NCBI GenBank assembly: GCA_963828735.1 | Contig: CAWHFW010000005.1 | Coordinates: 768,001-832,000, forward strand | Length of the DNA: 64,000 nucleotides | Source of the DNA: an uncultured Gemmatimonadales bacterium | GTDB taxonomy: Bacteria; Gemmatimonadota; Gemmatimonadetes; Gemmatimonadales; GWC2-71-9 | Reading direction: 5' to 3' | Shown: positions 63,608 through 64,000 of the stretch, in pieces | How the letters are laid out: every line of letters starts with the position of its first letter | How positions within the stretch are numbered: the first letter of the stretch is position 1 | The notes under the pieces: generated by a model | Seen by the model: the letters and a program-made list of their open reading frames with translations, nothing else | What the model was told of the DNA's origin: nothing | The model's database searches: none | Translations under genes and position numbers: made by a program

Positions 63608-64000
63608 GTGGACGGCCCCTCGCCCCAGGTCCGTTTCCGCGACCCGCAGATCGAGATGGCGCATGGCGCCGGGGGCAAGGCGAGCCGCCGGCTCGTGGAC
63701 GGCCTGTTCGTTCCCCTGCTCTACGACCTCTCGACACCTGCCGCCGATCGGCTCGGCGACGCGGCGCGGCTCGCCGTGGACGGGGCCGAGCTCGCGATCA
63801 CCACCGACAGCTTCGTGGTCACTCCGCTCCGCTTCCCCGGCGGCTCGATCGGCGAATTGGCCGTGAACGGGACCGTGAACGACCTGGCCGTGTCGGGCGC
63901 CACGCCGGTGGCCATCGTGACGACGTTCCTGCTCGAGGCCGGGCTCCCGACGTCCGAGCTCGAGGCCGAGGTGCGCGCGATGGCCGATGCCGCGCGCCGG
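63608..64000 (+). CDS. hypE: Hydrogenase maturation protein HypE (partial, runs off the window)
   Basis: MAHGAGGK, GDAA, TTDSFVV.PL.FPGGSIGELAVNGTVNDLA. Confidence 0.92.
   Translation, partial: MDGPSPQVRFRDPQIEMAHGAGGKASRRLVDGLFVPLLYDLSTPAADRLGDAARLAVDGAELAITTDSFVVTPLRFPGGSIGELAVNGTVNDLAVSGATPVAIVTTFLLEAGLPTSELEAEVRAMADAARR

Overview
High-GC bacterial window. The gene families and their style (many Hanks-type kinases with TolB/TPR tails, BTAD regulator, TonB receptor plus CTD protein) point to Gemmatimonadota; this taxonomy is an inference. Layout: (1) 1-6.2 kb core minus-strand cluster ffh-rpsP-rimM-trmD-rplS-rnhB-M1 aminopeptidase. (2) 6.4-25 kb accessory block: three Ser/Thr kinases, a SARP/BTAD regulator with a 4x 11-bp direct-repeat promoter facing a lipoprotein gene, a TonB-dependent receptor and a large secreted CTD protein. 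(3) 25-38 kb DUF445, a circularly permuted ATP-grasp, pilD, TrmH, thiD and a nucleotide salvage operon (double 5'-nucleotidase, beta-grasp protein, add, NupC, PNP). (4) 38.4-50.8 kb Pho/Pst locus (ArsR-phoB-phoR, porin, 2x pstS, pstCA, 2x pstB, phoU, ppx). (5) 50.8-64 kb group 1h-type [NiFe]-hydrogenase cluster preceded by a second full small-subunit paralog, a soluble PAS histidine kinase and a NarL-type regulator. This upstream module is the best candidate for an undescribed system (non-canonical H2/redox sensing). Genes at ~11-24.9, 50.8-57.8 and 62.3-63.4 kb carry many single-base frameshifts that look like long-read errors, so their coordinates are stitched by eye. No tRNA, rRNA, CRISPR array or transposase was recognised.
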